A stretch of DNA of 32,000 nt from Psychrobacter sp. DM4 (lineage in GTDB: Bacteria; Pseudomonadota; Gammaproteobacteria; Pseudomonadales; Moraxellaceae). The translations under genes were made by a program, and so were the position numbers. Within the stretch, counting starts at the first letter, position 1. Every line of letters begins with the position of its first letter. Below the pieces are notes generated by a model, which ran no database searches, was not told where the DNA came from, and saw nothing but the letters and a program-made list of their open reading frames with translations. Positions 8,137-17,800 of this stretch are shown piece by piece. The stretch lies in assembly GCF_051307035.1 (NCBI RefSeq), contig NZ_CP195536.1:1470001-1502000 (forward strand), read 5' to 3'.

Positions 8137-9822
8137 ATGTATCAATATAATTACGCCGATCAAACGCTAGTGGAAGAACGGGTTGCCCAGTTTCGCGATC
8201 AGACGGAGCGTTTTTTGGCAGGCGAGTTACCAGAAGAGCAGTATTTACCGCTGCGATTGCAAAACGGTCTCTATATCCAGCGTTATGCGCCTATGCTACG
8301 TATCGCCATTCCTTATGGTCTGCTTGCCAGCTATCAATTGCGCAAATTAGCTGAAATTACGCGCAAATATGATAAAGGCTACGGTCACTTTACCACGCGT
8401 ACCAACATACAGCTCAACTGGCCCAAATTAGAAGAAGTGCCCGATATCTTGGCAGAGCTGGCGTCAGTACAAATGCATGCGATCCAAACCTCAGGCAACT
8501 GTATTCGTAATACGACGACTGACCCTTATGCGGGTATTCATCAAAATGAGATTGCTGATCCGCGTCCCTATTGCGAGATTATCCGTCAGTGGTCTACCTT
8601 TCATCCCGAGTTCGCCTTTTTACCGCGTAAATTTAAGATTGCGGTTATCGGTACCGAAAATGATCGAGCAGCGACGCAAGTCCATGATATTGGTTTGCAT
8701 ATCAAGCAAAATGAGGAAGGCGAGCTAGGTTTTGAAGTCATTGTTGGCGGCGGTCTTGGCCGCACGCCGGTTATTGGTAAAGTCATCAATAAGTTTTTGC
8801 CACGTCAGCACTTATTAAGCTATCTAGATGCAATTTTACGCGTTTATAACTTGCATGGTCGCCGTGATAATAAATATAAAGCCCGTATCAAAATACTGGT
8901 TGAGAGTATGGGCGGACGCGAGTTTGCCAAGCTAGTCGATGCTGAGTGGGAAGCGCATAGTAAAGATGGCGCACTCACCTTGACTGATGATAATTTTGCG
9001 ACAGCTATTAGCTTTTTTAGTGAGCCTGATTACCTAAACATCGATGCGTTGCAAGTACAGTCAGAGCTACAACAGCAACTGACTGACGATAAAAACTTCG
9101 CTAACTGGTACAACCAAAATACCGTAGCGCATAAAATCGGTGGCTATCGCGGCGTGGTTATCTCTTTAAAAGCAGGTCTTGTCGATGACAAATATGTACC
9201 TTCAGGCGACGTGACCGATTCGCAAATGGATGCCCTAGCAGATCTATCTGATGACTATAGCTTTGGTGAAATCCGCGCGACCTATCAGCAGAATTTAGTC
9301 TTTGCCGATGTGCAAGTCGCTCATTTATATGAGCTATGGCAGCAGCTGGTCAAGCTTCATCTAGCCCGTCCAAATATTAATACCTTGACCGACATGATTG
9401 TCTGCCCCGGTTGGGATTACTGCTCACTCGCCAATGCAACGACGTACAACATCGCTGAGATGATCGAAAAGCAGTTTAGTGATTTGGATTATCTCTATGA
9501 TCTAGGTGATATACGTTTAAACATGTCAGGTTGTATCAATGCTTGTGCGCATCATCATACTGGCGATATCGGTATCCTCGGCGTTGATAAAAAAGGTGAA
9601 AACTGGTATCAGATCAGCCTTGGCGGTAACTCTAGTGATAATGCCAAGATTGGTAAAATCTTAGGCCGCTCAGTGCCTACCGAAGCGGTCGCTGACACCA
9701 TCCAAAAAATCGTTGATGTCTATGTCGATCTGCGCGAAAGCAACGAGAACGATGTCGAGAGTTTCGGCGATTTAGTTGACCGCGTAGGAATCGATCCCTT
9801 TAAGGAAAAGGTTTATGGCTAA
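8137..9822 (+). CDS. cysI: Assimilatory sulfite reductase hemoprotein (siroheme/[4Fe-4S], CysI-like)
   Basis: 561 aa. The N-terminus MYQYNYADQTLVEERVAQFRDQTERFLAGEL...LRLQNGLY resembles pseudomonad CysI as I recall it. Cluster-ligand cysteines sit in CPGWDYC and SGCINACAHHH. Confidence 0.9.
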   Translation: MYQYNYADQTLVEERVAQFRDQTERFLAGELPEEQYLPLRLQNGLYIQRYAPMLRIAIPYGLLASYQLRKLAEITRKYDKGYGHFTTRTNIQLNWPKLEEVPDILAELASVQMHAIQTSGNCIRNTTTDPYAGIHQNEIADPRPYCEIIRQWSTFHPEFAFLPRKFKIAVIGTENDRAATQVHDIGLHIKQNEEGELGFEVIVGGGLGRTPVIGKVINKFLPRQHLLSYLDAILRVYNLHGRRDNKYKARIKILVESMGGREFAKLVDAEWEAHSKDGALTLTDDNFATAISFFSEPDYLNIDALQVQSELQQQLTDDKNFANWYNQNTVAHKIGGYRGVVISLKAGLVDDKYVPSGDVTDSQMDALADLSDDYSFGEIRATYQQNLVFADVQVAHLYELWQQLVKLHLARPNINTLTDMIVCPGWDYCSLANATTYNIAEMIEKQFSDLDYLYDLGDIRLNMSGCINACAHHHTGDIGILGVDKKGENWYQISLGGNSSDNAKIGKILGRSVPTEAVADTIQKIVDVYVDLRESNENDVESFGDLVDRVGIDPFKEKVYG

Positions 9823-10411
9823 TCACAATGTATTAAACAGTCAGGGTGCTGATATTAGTGAACAAGATAGCTGGCAGGCGCTCACGACTGATACTCTGCC
9901 AGATGGTGTTGCGTTGACTGAGATTGCATTAACTGAGCTGCTCAATAAGCAAGAAAAGATCGACTTGCTACTGCCATTAGCGGATTTGCTTGATGCTTCA
10001 GGTGAGCTGGCAGGTGGTCTGTTGCAACAGGTATATAATTTATTAAACCAGCAAACCAGTCGTCTTGGCGTTTGGATGACCTCAGATACTGATGCGGATA
10101 AATTAGCAGGATTGAGCGAATTTCTACTCACTCAAGATTTAATTGTCATTCATGTCCCAGCCTTTACCGATGGTCGCGGATTTAGTTACGCGCATACGTT
10201 ACGTCAATTGGGCTACACGGGTGAAATTCGTATAGCGGGCGAGTTTGGGCGCGATCAAATTGCCTACTTGTTAAGATCAGGTATCGATAGCTTCGTATTG
10301 AACGAGCATGATTTACAATCTGACTTCGATATCGCTCAAGCCTTTACAGCATTAGCTAGTAGCTACGACGGTCGAGATGCCTCTGCTCTACCTATGTTTG
10401 CCGCATCTTGA
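9815..10411 (+). CDS. DUF934-family protein, the usual partner of CysI
   Basis: 198 aa. The start overlaps the cysI stop by 8 nt (ATGGCTAA). DUF934-like block FTDGRGFSYAHTLRQLGYTGEIRIAGEFGRDQIAYLLRSGIDSF. Confidence 0.8.
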   Translation: MANHNVLNSQGADISEQDSWQALTTDTLPDGVALTEIALTELLNKQEKIDLLLPLADLLDASGELAGGLLQQVYNLLNQQTSRLGVWMTSDTDADKLAGLSEFLLTQDLIVIHVPAFTDGRGFSYAHTLRQLGYTGEIRIAGEFGRDQIAYLLRSGIDSFVLNEHDLQSDFDIAQAFTALASSYDGRDASALPMFAAS

Positions 10412-10486
10412 TTTTAATTTTGCACAATATATAACTATTCAGAAATAAGATTACATTCATTCACTATAATTTAAGAGAGTACTTTT

Positions 10487-11125
10487 ATGAGTCAATTACA
10501 TCCTAATTTAGATATCGATCAAGCCAACCAAGACTTGCAAGGTAAATCCCCTGAGCAAATCGTAGAATGGGCACTCAGCCAAGCAAAGAACCCAATTATT
10601 ACTACGAACTTTCGCCCTTATGAGTCTGCTATTTTGCATTTAGTGGCCAAGCAGCGTCCTGATATTACGGTACTGTGGGTAGATTCTGGTTATAACACTG
10701 ATGCCACTTATCGTTTTGCTAATAAAGTCATCAACGACTTAGGTTTAAATGTAGTCACTTATATCCCTAAGCAAACCGCTGCGCATCGTGATGCGACTAT
10801 GAACGGTATCCCAGGGATTGATAATCCTCAGCATGACGAGTTCACTGAGCAAGTCAAGCTTGAGCCGTTTCGCCGTGCACTCGATGAGCTAAAGCCAGAC
10901 GTTTGGTTCAACGCTATTCGTAAAGATCAAACGGAGTTTCGTCAAGGACTAGATGTCCTCAGCTTATCAAAAGATGGCGTGTTAAAAGTGGCACCCTTGT
11001 TTGAGAAGACCGATAGCGATTTGGATGGTTATCTAGATGAGCATAATTTGCCAAATGAGCATGATTACTTTGATCCGACTAAAGTAGAAGAAAGCCGTGA
11101 GTGTGGTTTGCATACTCAGCTGTAA
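10487..11125 (+). CDS. cysH: Phosphoadenylyl-sulfate (PAPS) reductase-family protein, no Fe-S cysteines
   Basis: 212 aa. PAPS-reductase fold blocks (VLWVDSGYNTDATYRF, WFNAIRKDQ) and the C-terminal catalytic motif ECGLH. The protein has only one Cys. AAGAGAG Shine-Dalgarno sequence upstream. Confidence 0.85.
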   Translation: MSQLHPNLDIDQANQDLQGKSPEQIVEWALSQAKNPIITTNFRPYESAILHLVAKQRPDITVLWVDSGYNTDATYRFANKVINDLGLNVVTYIPKQTAAHRDATMNGIPGIDNPQHDEFTEQVKLEPFRRALDELKPDVWFNAIRKDQTEFRQGLDVLSLSKDGVLKVAPLFEKTDSDLDGYLDEHNLPNEHDYFDPTKVEESRECGLHTQL

Positions 11126-11152
11126 TCTTTATGGTTGACCTGTAGACATCAA

Positions 11153-11182
11153 GAAGCCCTTTCAAAGTGAGAGGGCTTTTTT
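11153..11182 (+). terminator. Rho-independent terminator after cysH
   Basis: AAGCCCT (11154..11160) pairs with AGGGCTT (11172..11178), followed by a T-run to 11182. Confidence 0.7.
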
Positions 11183-11399
11183 ACATTTATAGAATCAGAT
11201 ATGGCTGAAGGTCAATATTGGTGTAGCTTAGACGGTGTATGGTCTAATTAAAGGCTCTAGCTTATCTATTCCTATAAGTCGCAAAAACCCCTACACTTAT
11301 GAAAAAATAAACTATACTAATGCTAATCCATTAGATGAGATGCTCTATGCAATACTCCATAATGAATATATATCACTTTAAATATTTTTTGAGCCTACT

Positions 11400-13064
11400 A
11401 TGAATACCTTTCCCCTATTTTTTAAACTAGAAGGTCGCAAAGTGCTGATCGTCGGTGGCGGTGATGTGGCACTACGTAAAGCCGATTTGCTTAGTCGCGC
11501 AGGTGCACACATTACTGTTTTGGCACCTGATATAGAGGCAGATATTCAGGCATTACTCAGCGATGACAAGCACAGTCTCATTTATCAAAACTACGACAAG
11601 TCCTATATGACAGGTGCGCGAGTTATTATTGCTGCTACCGATGACGAGGCCCTAAATCATCAGATTCACGCGGATGCCACCGAGCTTAATATCCCTGTTA
11701 ATGTCGTCGATACTCCGCCTTTATGTGACTTCATTTTCCCTGCCATTGTCGATCGTAATCCTATTGTGATAGGTATCTCATCAAACGGCAAAGCGCCAGT
11801 GCTAGCACGTTTATTACGCGCGCGCCTTGAGACCTTGATTCCGCAAGGTTATGGTAAACTCGCCAAGCTGGCTGGCGACTTTCGCACGGAGGTGAAAAGC
11901 AAAATTCCAACGCTGACTGGTCGTCGGCAGTTTTGGGAGCGCGCATTTGAAGGCAAAGTGAGTGAGCTGATATTCGCCGGCAATGAGACTGAAGCAAACG
12001 CGCAGTTGCAAAAGGATCTAGATGAGACTGCAGCCGTGATTGCTAGTCAGAATAATGTAGATAATACGACCAGCGAAGACTCTATAGCGTCAGTCGATGC
12101 AAGCGACTCAGATATAGCAGCTAGTGATAACGACGATAAAGACCAACAGCCTGTCGGTGAGGTCTATATTGTTGGCGCAGGTCCTGGCGACCCTGAGCTA
12201 TTAACGTTTAAAGCGCTACGATTAATGCAACAAGCCGATATTGTCTTTTATGATGCGCTGGTATCACCGCAAGTGCTTGATCTGTGTCGCCGTGATGCGG
12301 ACAAAGTCTATGTCGGCAAAAAACGCAGCAATCATGCGGTCGCGCAATTAGGTATTAATGAGCTATTAGTCAACGAGGCCAAAAAAGGTCGCCGCGTGGT
12401 ACGTCTAAAGGGCGGCGATCCGTTTATCTTTGGTCGTGGCGGCGAGGAGATTGAGAGCCTACGCGCGCAGCATATTCCCTATCAAGTCGTACCAGGCATC
12501 ACCGCTGCCAACGCGGCTGCCAGCTACGCGGGCATTCCACTCACGCATCGTGATCACTCGCAGTCCGTACGTTTTGTCACTGGATTTTTAAAGGCAGGCG
12601 CGCCCAATAACAACTTTAAAAACTTCTTGAATACGGATGAGACCGTTGTCTTTTATATGGGTTTGCATTCGCTACCACGCTTAACCGAAGGCCTGATCGA
12701 CGCAGGTCGCCCTGCCAACACGCCTATCGCCATCGTATCAAATGCTAGTATGCCCAATCAGCAAATCTTAACCGGGACGCTTGACACGATTGTGGCATTA
12801 CAAGATAAAACTCAGCTACCCACGCCTGCTCTGCTCATCATGGGCGATGTCGTGGCTTTGCATCACGATTTGGCGTGGTATAATTTACACAAGCAGCATA
12901 GTGATGCTAATCACGATACGGTTAGTAATTGGCTACGCGGTGGTAATGCCTCGACGCCAAAAGACCCAGTTATTGAGAATCAATCGCAGCATCCTGATGG
13001 ACAACATGCTCATGCTTTATCAATGATTGCTACCTTAGCTGACTCTCAAAGCAGTAATTTATAG
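11400..13064 (+). CDS. cysG: Siroheme synthase (precorrin-2 dehydrogenase/ferrochelatase fused to uroporphyrinogen-III C-methyltransferase)
   Basis: 554 aa. N-terminal Rossmann motif VLIVGGGDVALRK. C-terminal SUMT block VYIVGAGPGDPELLT...GGDPFIFGRGGEE. It also carries an acidic linker and a C-terminal tail absent from the roughly 457-aa E. coli enzyme. Confidence 0.9.
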   Translation: MNTFPLFFKLEGRKVLIVGGGDVALRKADLLSRAGAHITVLAPDIEADIQALLSDDKHSLIYQNYDKSYMTGARVIIAATDDEALNHQIHADATELNIPVNVVDTPPLCDFIFPAIVDRNPIVIGISSNGKAPVLARLLRARLETLIPQGYGKLAKLAGDFRTEVKSKIPTLTGRRQFWERAFEGKVSELIFAGNETEANAQLQKDLDETAAVIASQNNVDNTTSEDSIASVDASDSDIAASDNDDKDQQPVGEVYIVGAGPGDPELLTFKALRLMQQADIVFYDALVSPQVLDLCRRDADKVYVGKKRSNHAVAQLGINELLVNEAKKGRRVVRLKGGDPFIFGRGGEEIESLRAQHIPYQVVPGITAANAAASYAGIPLTHRDHSQSVRFVTGFLKAGAPNNNFKNFLNTDETVVFYMGLHSLPRLTEGLIDAGRPANTPIAIVSNASMPNQQILTGTLDTIVALQDKTQLPTPALLIMGDVVALHHDLAWYNLHKQHSDANHDTVSNWLRGGNASTPKDPVIENQSQHPDGQHAHALSMIATLADSQSSNL

Positions 13065-13102
13065 CAACTAATAATTGATTACATTCAAAATTAGATAAAC
13101 CA

Positions 13103-13139
13103 AAAGGTCATACTAGTAGTCTTGGTATGGCCTTTTTTT
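13103..13139 (+). terminator. Rho-independent terminator after cysG
   Basis: 11-bp stem (13103..13113 with 13125..13135, one G-U pair), 11-nt loop, and a T7 run ending at 13139. Confidence 0.65.
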
Positions 13140-13265
13140 GTAGGCGCGATCTGCTGTTATAGCATACAAAGCATTTGTACCTAAAAAATGTAGAGATAAG
13201 TGATTTAAAGCTGTGAGATTCTTGATAGAATAAATGCTATCTACTCTCTGCTTTTAAGTGTCTCT

Positions 13266-14786
13266 ATGCCCGCATCTATAGTCGCTCCTCTTGTTAAATC
13301 CTTAACTATTTTGCACACCTCCGATTGGCATTTGGGGCGCAGGCTTTATGGGCGCATGCGCTATGAGGAGTTCGAGTCGTTTTTGGGCTGGCTTGAGAGT
13401 ACTATTAGTGCGCAAAATGTCGATGTGCTTATCGTCGCAGGTGATATCTTTGATACCATGACGCCAAGCAACCGCGCCCAAGCCCTCTATTATGAGTTTT
13501 TGGGAAAAGTGTCAACGCTATGTTGTCAGCATATCATCATCGTCGCAGGCAATCATGACTCCCCGACCTTTTTAGATGCGCCAAGTCAAGTGCTTAAATT
13601 CTTAAATGTGCATGTCATCGGTACCGCTTGCGAGGATTTAAATGACGAGGTTTTAATCCTAAAGGATGATGAGGATCAGCCGCAGTGTATTATCGCCGCA
13701 GTGCCCTATCTGCGTGATCGTGATGTTCGCAGCAGTAGCGCGGGCGAGTCCGCTGACAGCAAAGATGCCAACGTCATCAAAGGCATTCGCGCGCACTACG
13801 ATGAAGTCGCACAATTAGCGAAAACCGAACAAGAATTATTGAATAAAAAACATCAGCGGCATATTCCTATCATCGCGACAGGGCATTTATTTGCTGCTGG
13901 TAGCAAGACCACAGAAGATGACGGCGTACGCGAGCTTTATGTCGGCTCACTCGGTAAGGTTTCTGCTGAGATGTTTGATGAGTGCTTTGACTATGTCGCG
14001 CTTGGGCATCTGCACGTGCCGCAGCGAGTTGGGGGTTGTGAGCATATTCGCTACTCAGGCTCGCCTATCGCGATGGGATTTGGCGAAGCGCGCCAGCAAA
14101 AGCAAGTATTGCTTATCCAGTTTGGCGAAGTATTAAATAAATCTAACTTGGTAAAACCTAATGATCTGTTGCCTAATACACTGGTAAAGCCTATTGAAAA
14201 GGTGACTAAAAAAACAATTAATCATACTAATGCGTTAATTGATGATTTATTCGGCTTTGACGATTTAGACACTGCTGTTGAAGAAAATAACACTCCTCAT
14301 CAGCCGCTGAGTAATGCAATGGACTCTAGCACTCTTCATTCTGGTGATCACAAGGTTCTATATGCTAATAGCAAAAATAGTATGCAAGTTATCTCTCACT
14401 CTATCCCTTGCTTCCAAAAATTAGCACAAGTCTCTGGCGATTTAGAAACCATCGCCACTACTATTAAAGCCATCGATAGAAATGAGTCTATATGGCTCGA
14501 AGTTATCTACAATGGTAATGAGATCATCAGCGGTCTTAAAGAGCAAGTCAACGAGATGGCTGAAAATTCAAACCTTGAAATATTATTGACCAAAGATACT
14601 AACTCTTATAAAAAAGTGCTCAATCAAGAGCAGAGCTCTGAGACCCTACAAGACCTAAAGGTAGAAGCGGTCTTTGAGCGCTGCTTAGACATGCACGATA
14701 TCGCTGATACTCAGCGGGATTCGTTACGAGACGCCTATCAGCAGATACTTCATAATATCTATCATGATGACAGTCGGGCGGAATAA
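13266..14786 (+). CDS. sbcD: Exonuclease SbcCD, nuclease subunit D (Mre11-like phosphoesterase)
   Basis: Calcineurin-like nuclease motifs in order: HTSDWHLG, AGDIFD, GNHDS, GHL, GHLH. At 506 aa it is longer than the roughly 400-aa E. coli SbcD. Confidence 0.9.
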   Translation: MPASIVAPLVKSLTILHTSDWHLGRRLYGRMRYEEFESFLGWLESTISAQNVDVLIVAGDIFDTMTPSNRAQALYYEFLGKVSTLCCQHIIIVAGNHDSPTFLDAPSQVLKFLNVHVIGTACEDLNDEVLILKDDEDQPQCIIAAVPYLRDRDVRSSSAGESADSKDANVIKGIRAHYDEVAQLAKTEQELLNKKHQRHIPIIATGHLFAAGSKTTEDDGVRELYVGSLGKVSAEMFDECFDYVALGHLHVPQRVGGCEHIRYSGSPIAMGFGEARQQKQVLLIQFGEVLNKSNLVKPNDLLPNTLVKPIEKVTKKTINHTNALIDDLFGFDDLDTAVEENNTPHQPLSNAMDSSTLHSGDHKVLYANSKNSMQVISHSIPCFQKLAQVSGDLETIATTIKAIDRNESIWLEVIYNGNEIISGLKEQVNEMAENSNLEILLTKDTNSYKKVLNQEQSSETLQDLKVEAVFERCLDMHDIADTQRDSLRDAYQQILHNIYHDDSRAE

Positions 14787-14848
14787 CGACTTATCTTTGC
14801 CTCACTATATAGAACTATAAAAATCATCCAAACGTCTAAGACCCCATC

Positions 14849-17800
14849 ATGCGCCTAATCGAACTGCGACTCAAAAACTTAAATTCTTTAAAAGGCGAAT
14901 GGCATATCGATTTTGCTGATTCTGCTTTTATTAACGAGGGTATTTTTGCCATTACGGGGCATACAGGCGCTGGCAAGACCACGATTTTGGACGCGGTATG
15001 TTTGGCGTTATATGGTGAGACACCCAGAATTGGCAGTATTAGCAAGAGTAGTAACGAGGTTATGACACGGCAAACGGCAGAATGCTTTGCTGAGGTGGTG
15101 ATTGACTTAAACGGCATTCAATATCGCTGCCGTTGGGGTCAACGCCGCGCCTATAACAAAGCCGATGGCAATTTGCAGGACGCCACTCATGAAATCGCTC
15201 AATTAAATCATGACGACCCAGCGAAGGGTGATGATGTTTTAGAGAGTAAACTCACACGTGCTCAAGCAAAGATTGTTGAGCTGACCCGTATGGATTTTCA
15301 ACAGTTCACGCGCTCCATTTTATTAGCACAAGGTAGTTTTTCAGCGTTTTTAAAGGCCAAAGCTGACGAGCGCGCAGATATTTTGGAGAAAATCACTGGC
15401 ACTGACATCTACGCCACTATCTCAGAGCACGTTCATGAAAAAAAGCGCTTTGAGGAAGATATTCTAAGTAAATTACAGTATGGTCTTCAAGGTCTGACGC
15501 TACTAAATAGCGATGAAGAAAATGAGTTAAAAACTCGTTTAGAGTCGCAACAAAACACTCAAAATAAGCAGCAACAGCTTGTTGATCATCTAAGTGCGCA
15601 AATAAAATGGCTTGAGAGCATTATAGAATTAACAGATAAACGGACGACTTATCAGAGTGAGGTTGAGCAAGCACGGCAAGTGCAGCAAGAGTTCTCCTTT
15701 GATGCCAAGCGCTTGGGCGCTGCGAATAAAGCGTTAGAGATTGACAGTCAATACAGCCAGCTTGTCACAAGCCGCGATACCGCCAATAGGCTCAAGAGTG
15801 AGCAGCAAGCGCTAGCGGATCAATTACCAACTCAACAAGCGACCCTCAATCAGGCAGCTACTCGTTTAGATCTGGCTGATGAACAAGAAAAAACCGCTTC
15901 CAATGAGCTTGAAAATACTTTGCCAAAAATAGCGCAAGCTCGTAAGCTCGATGGCGATATCACGCAGCACACGCAGACACTAGCCGATCATACGCAAAGA
16001 AAACAGACACTAGATGCTCATACTAAAAAGTTGCGCCAAGAGATCGAGCAGCATAATAATACTGCTGAGCAATCTACCATTAAGCTAGTAGAAATGGATG
16101 AAAGTCTAGCGCATGCATCTGAACTAAACGACTTAGATACCAGTATCGCCAATTTTGATAGTACGTGTGGTCGATTAAAAACGCTTCTTCAAGACAATGA
16201 ATCCTTAAATCTAGAGAGATTAGACTATCAGAACCAGCTCAAGCAAGCGCGAGATAATGTTGCGACGCTCAAGCATCAGCACGCAACGGACAAAGCTGTA
16301 AATGCAAAAGCACATGAGCAGATAACAATGCTTAAGCAGCAGCGCGAGGCACTAATTGAGTCGCAGTCGCTGGCAAGTCTGCGCGGCGAACAAGAACATA
16401 GCGCTCATATAAGCGCTCAACTAGATCATATTGCATTCAAAATACAAAAACTTGTAGACACTAAGACTCAGAGTGACACAATTGCCAAGACGCTACCTAC
16501 CATCAATGATGAATTGATAGCACTTGCAAAAGCAATAGCCGATAGCGAGTCAGCGCTCAAAGAGGCGAAAGACAAGCGTCAAGACAAACAAAATCAGCTG
16601 TACTTGCGTCAAAAAGTCGCGGCATTAGAGGACTATATTGCTGATTTAAAAGACAATCATCCTTGCCCGCTATGCGGCGCGCTTGAGCATCCTTATGGTG
16701 AGCATCATCCTCACTTAGATCAAAATGAGGCATCACACAGCAAGCCACTACAAGAGCAAATGAGAGATTTGGACGCGGTCATTGATAATGACGAGCAAGT
16801 TTTATCTCAGTTGCGTATCCAGCAGGCGACCAATGCCACTAGTCTTGAGCAGTACACGCAGCAACTTACGCCGTTGCAAGAGCAGTCAGATATTTTATTA
16901 AAAGATATTAAAGGTCTTATCGATTATGTTTTTGAGGCGGCTCATTCTGATGCTATGACTACCATCATCCAACCACTAAGTCATTTGCTGACTGATAAAG
17001 GTATAGAGTCGGCACCAATCATGCTCAACCAACTAAGCCCTATAAAAGCGCAATTGATCAAGCATAAAAATAAAATACGAGCAACATTAACTCAGCACGA
17101 AGAGATAACAGATATCCTCGCAGGCCTTAATAAATCGATGGAAGCCTTTGAGCTACGCCAGAAAAACTTAGCGAGTGATATTAGCGAGAGTGATACGACT
17201 ATCAAAATAGTTTCCTCACAGATTGAGAGTATAAATCACAAAATTAGTAGTAATTTTGAAGAATTACAGACGATTAGTGAAACCTTGTTGTCTTTGGTGA
17301 ATACCTACCCTGCTGGCAAGTATGCCGTTATCACCCCTCATTCAATAAACCTAAGCGCACGAAAATTGCAACCGCTGTTTGAGAGTATTTACAAGCAAAC
17401 AGTGTTAGACGACAGTACTTGTGATCAGCATATAGAAGCGCTACGACGCCAGCGCAATTCTTTAAAGACGCTTAAAGCGGACTTCAACACCTTTAAAGAT
17501 ACGCGGCAAACCATAGCAACGACGCTAAGTCGTCTAAAAGCGCAGATTGAGACCCAGCAAGTACAACTAAACGCGGACAAGGACGCGCTTAGCAGTCTAA
17601 CGGTACTGGTTGAGGATAAAACCGACGCAGTAGCTGAACTAAAACGGGACAGGCAAGAGATATTTGCGGACAAAGATTGTAATGATGAGGAGCAACGACT
17701 TCGAACTATCGTAGAGGAGAGGCGCATACAACAAATAGCGGCGCAAAGACAAGTAGATAGCGCCGAGCAAGTGCTCATCCAGTTACAGTTACAGCTACAG

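Noticed and set aside
8045-11260. The 9-mer AAGGCTCTA shared upstream of cysI (about 8045) and cysG (about 11252), considered as a regulator site.
   Set aside because: Thousands of 9-mer coincidences are expected in a 32-kb window, so this is not significant on its own.
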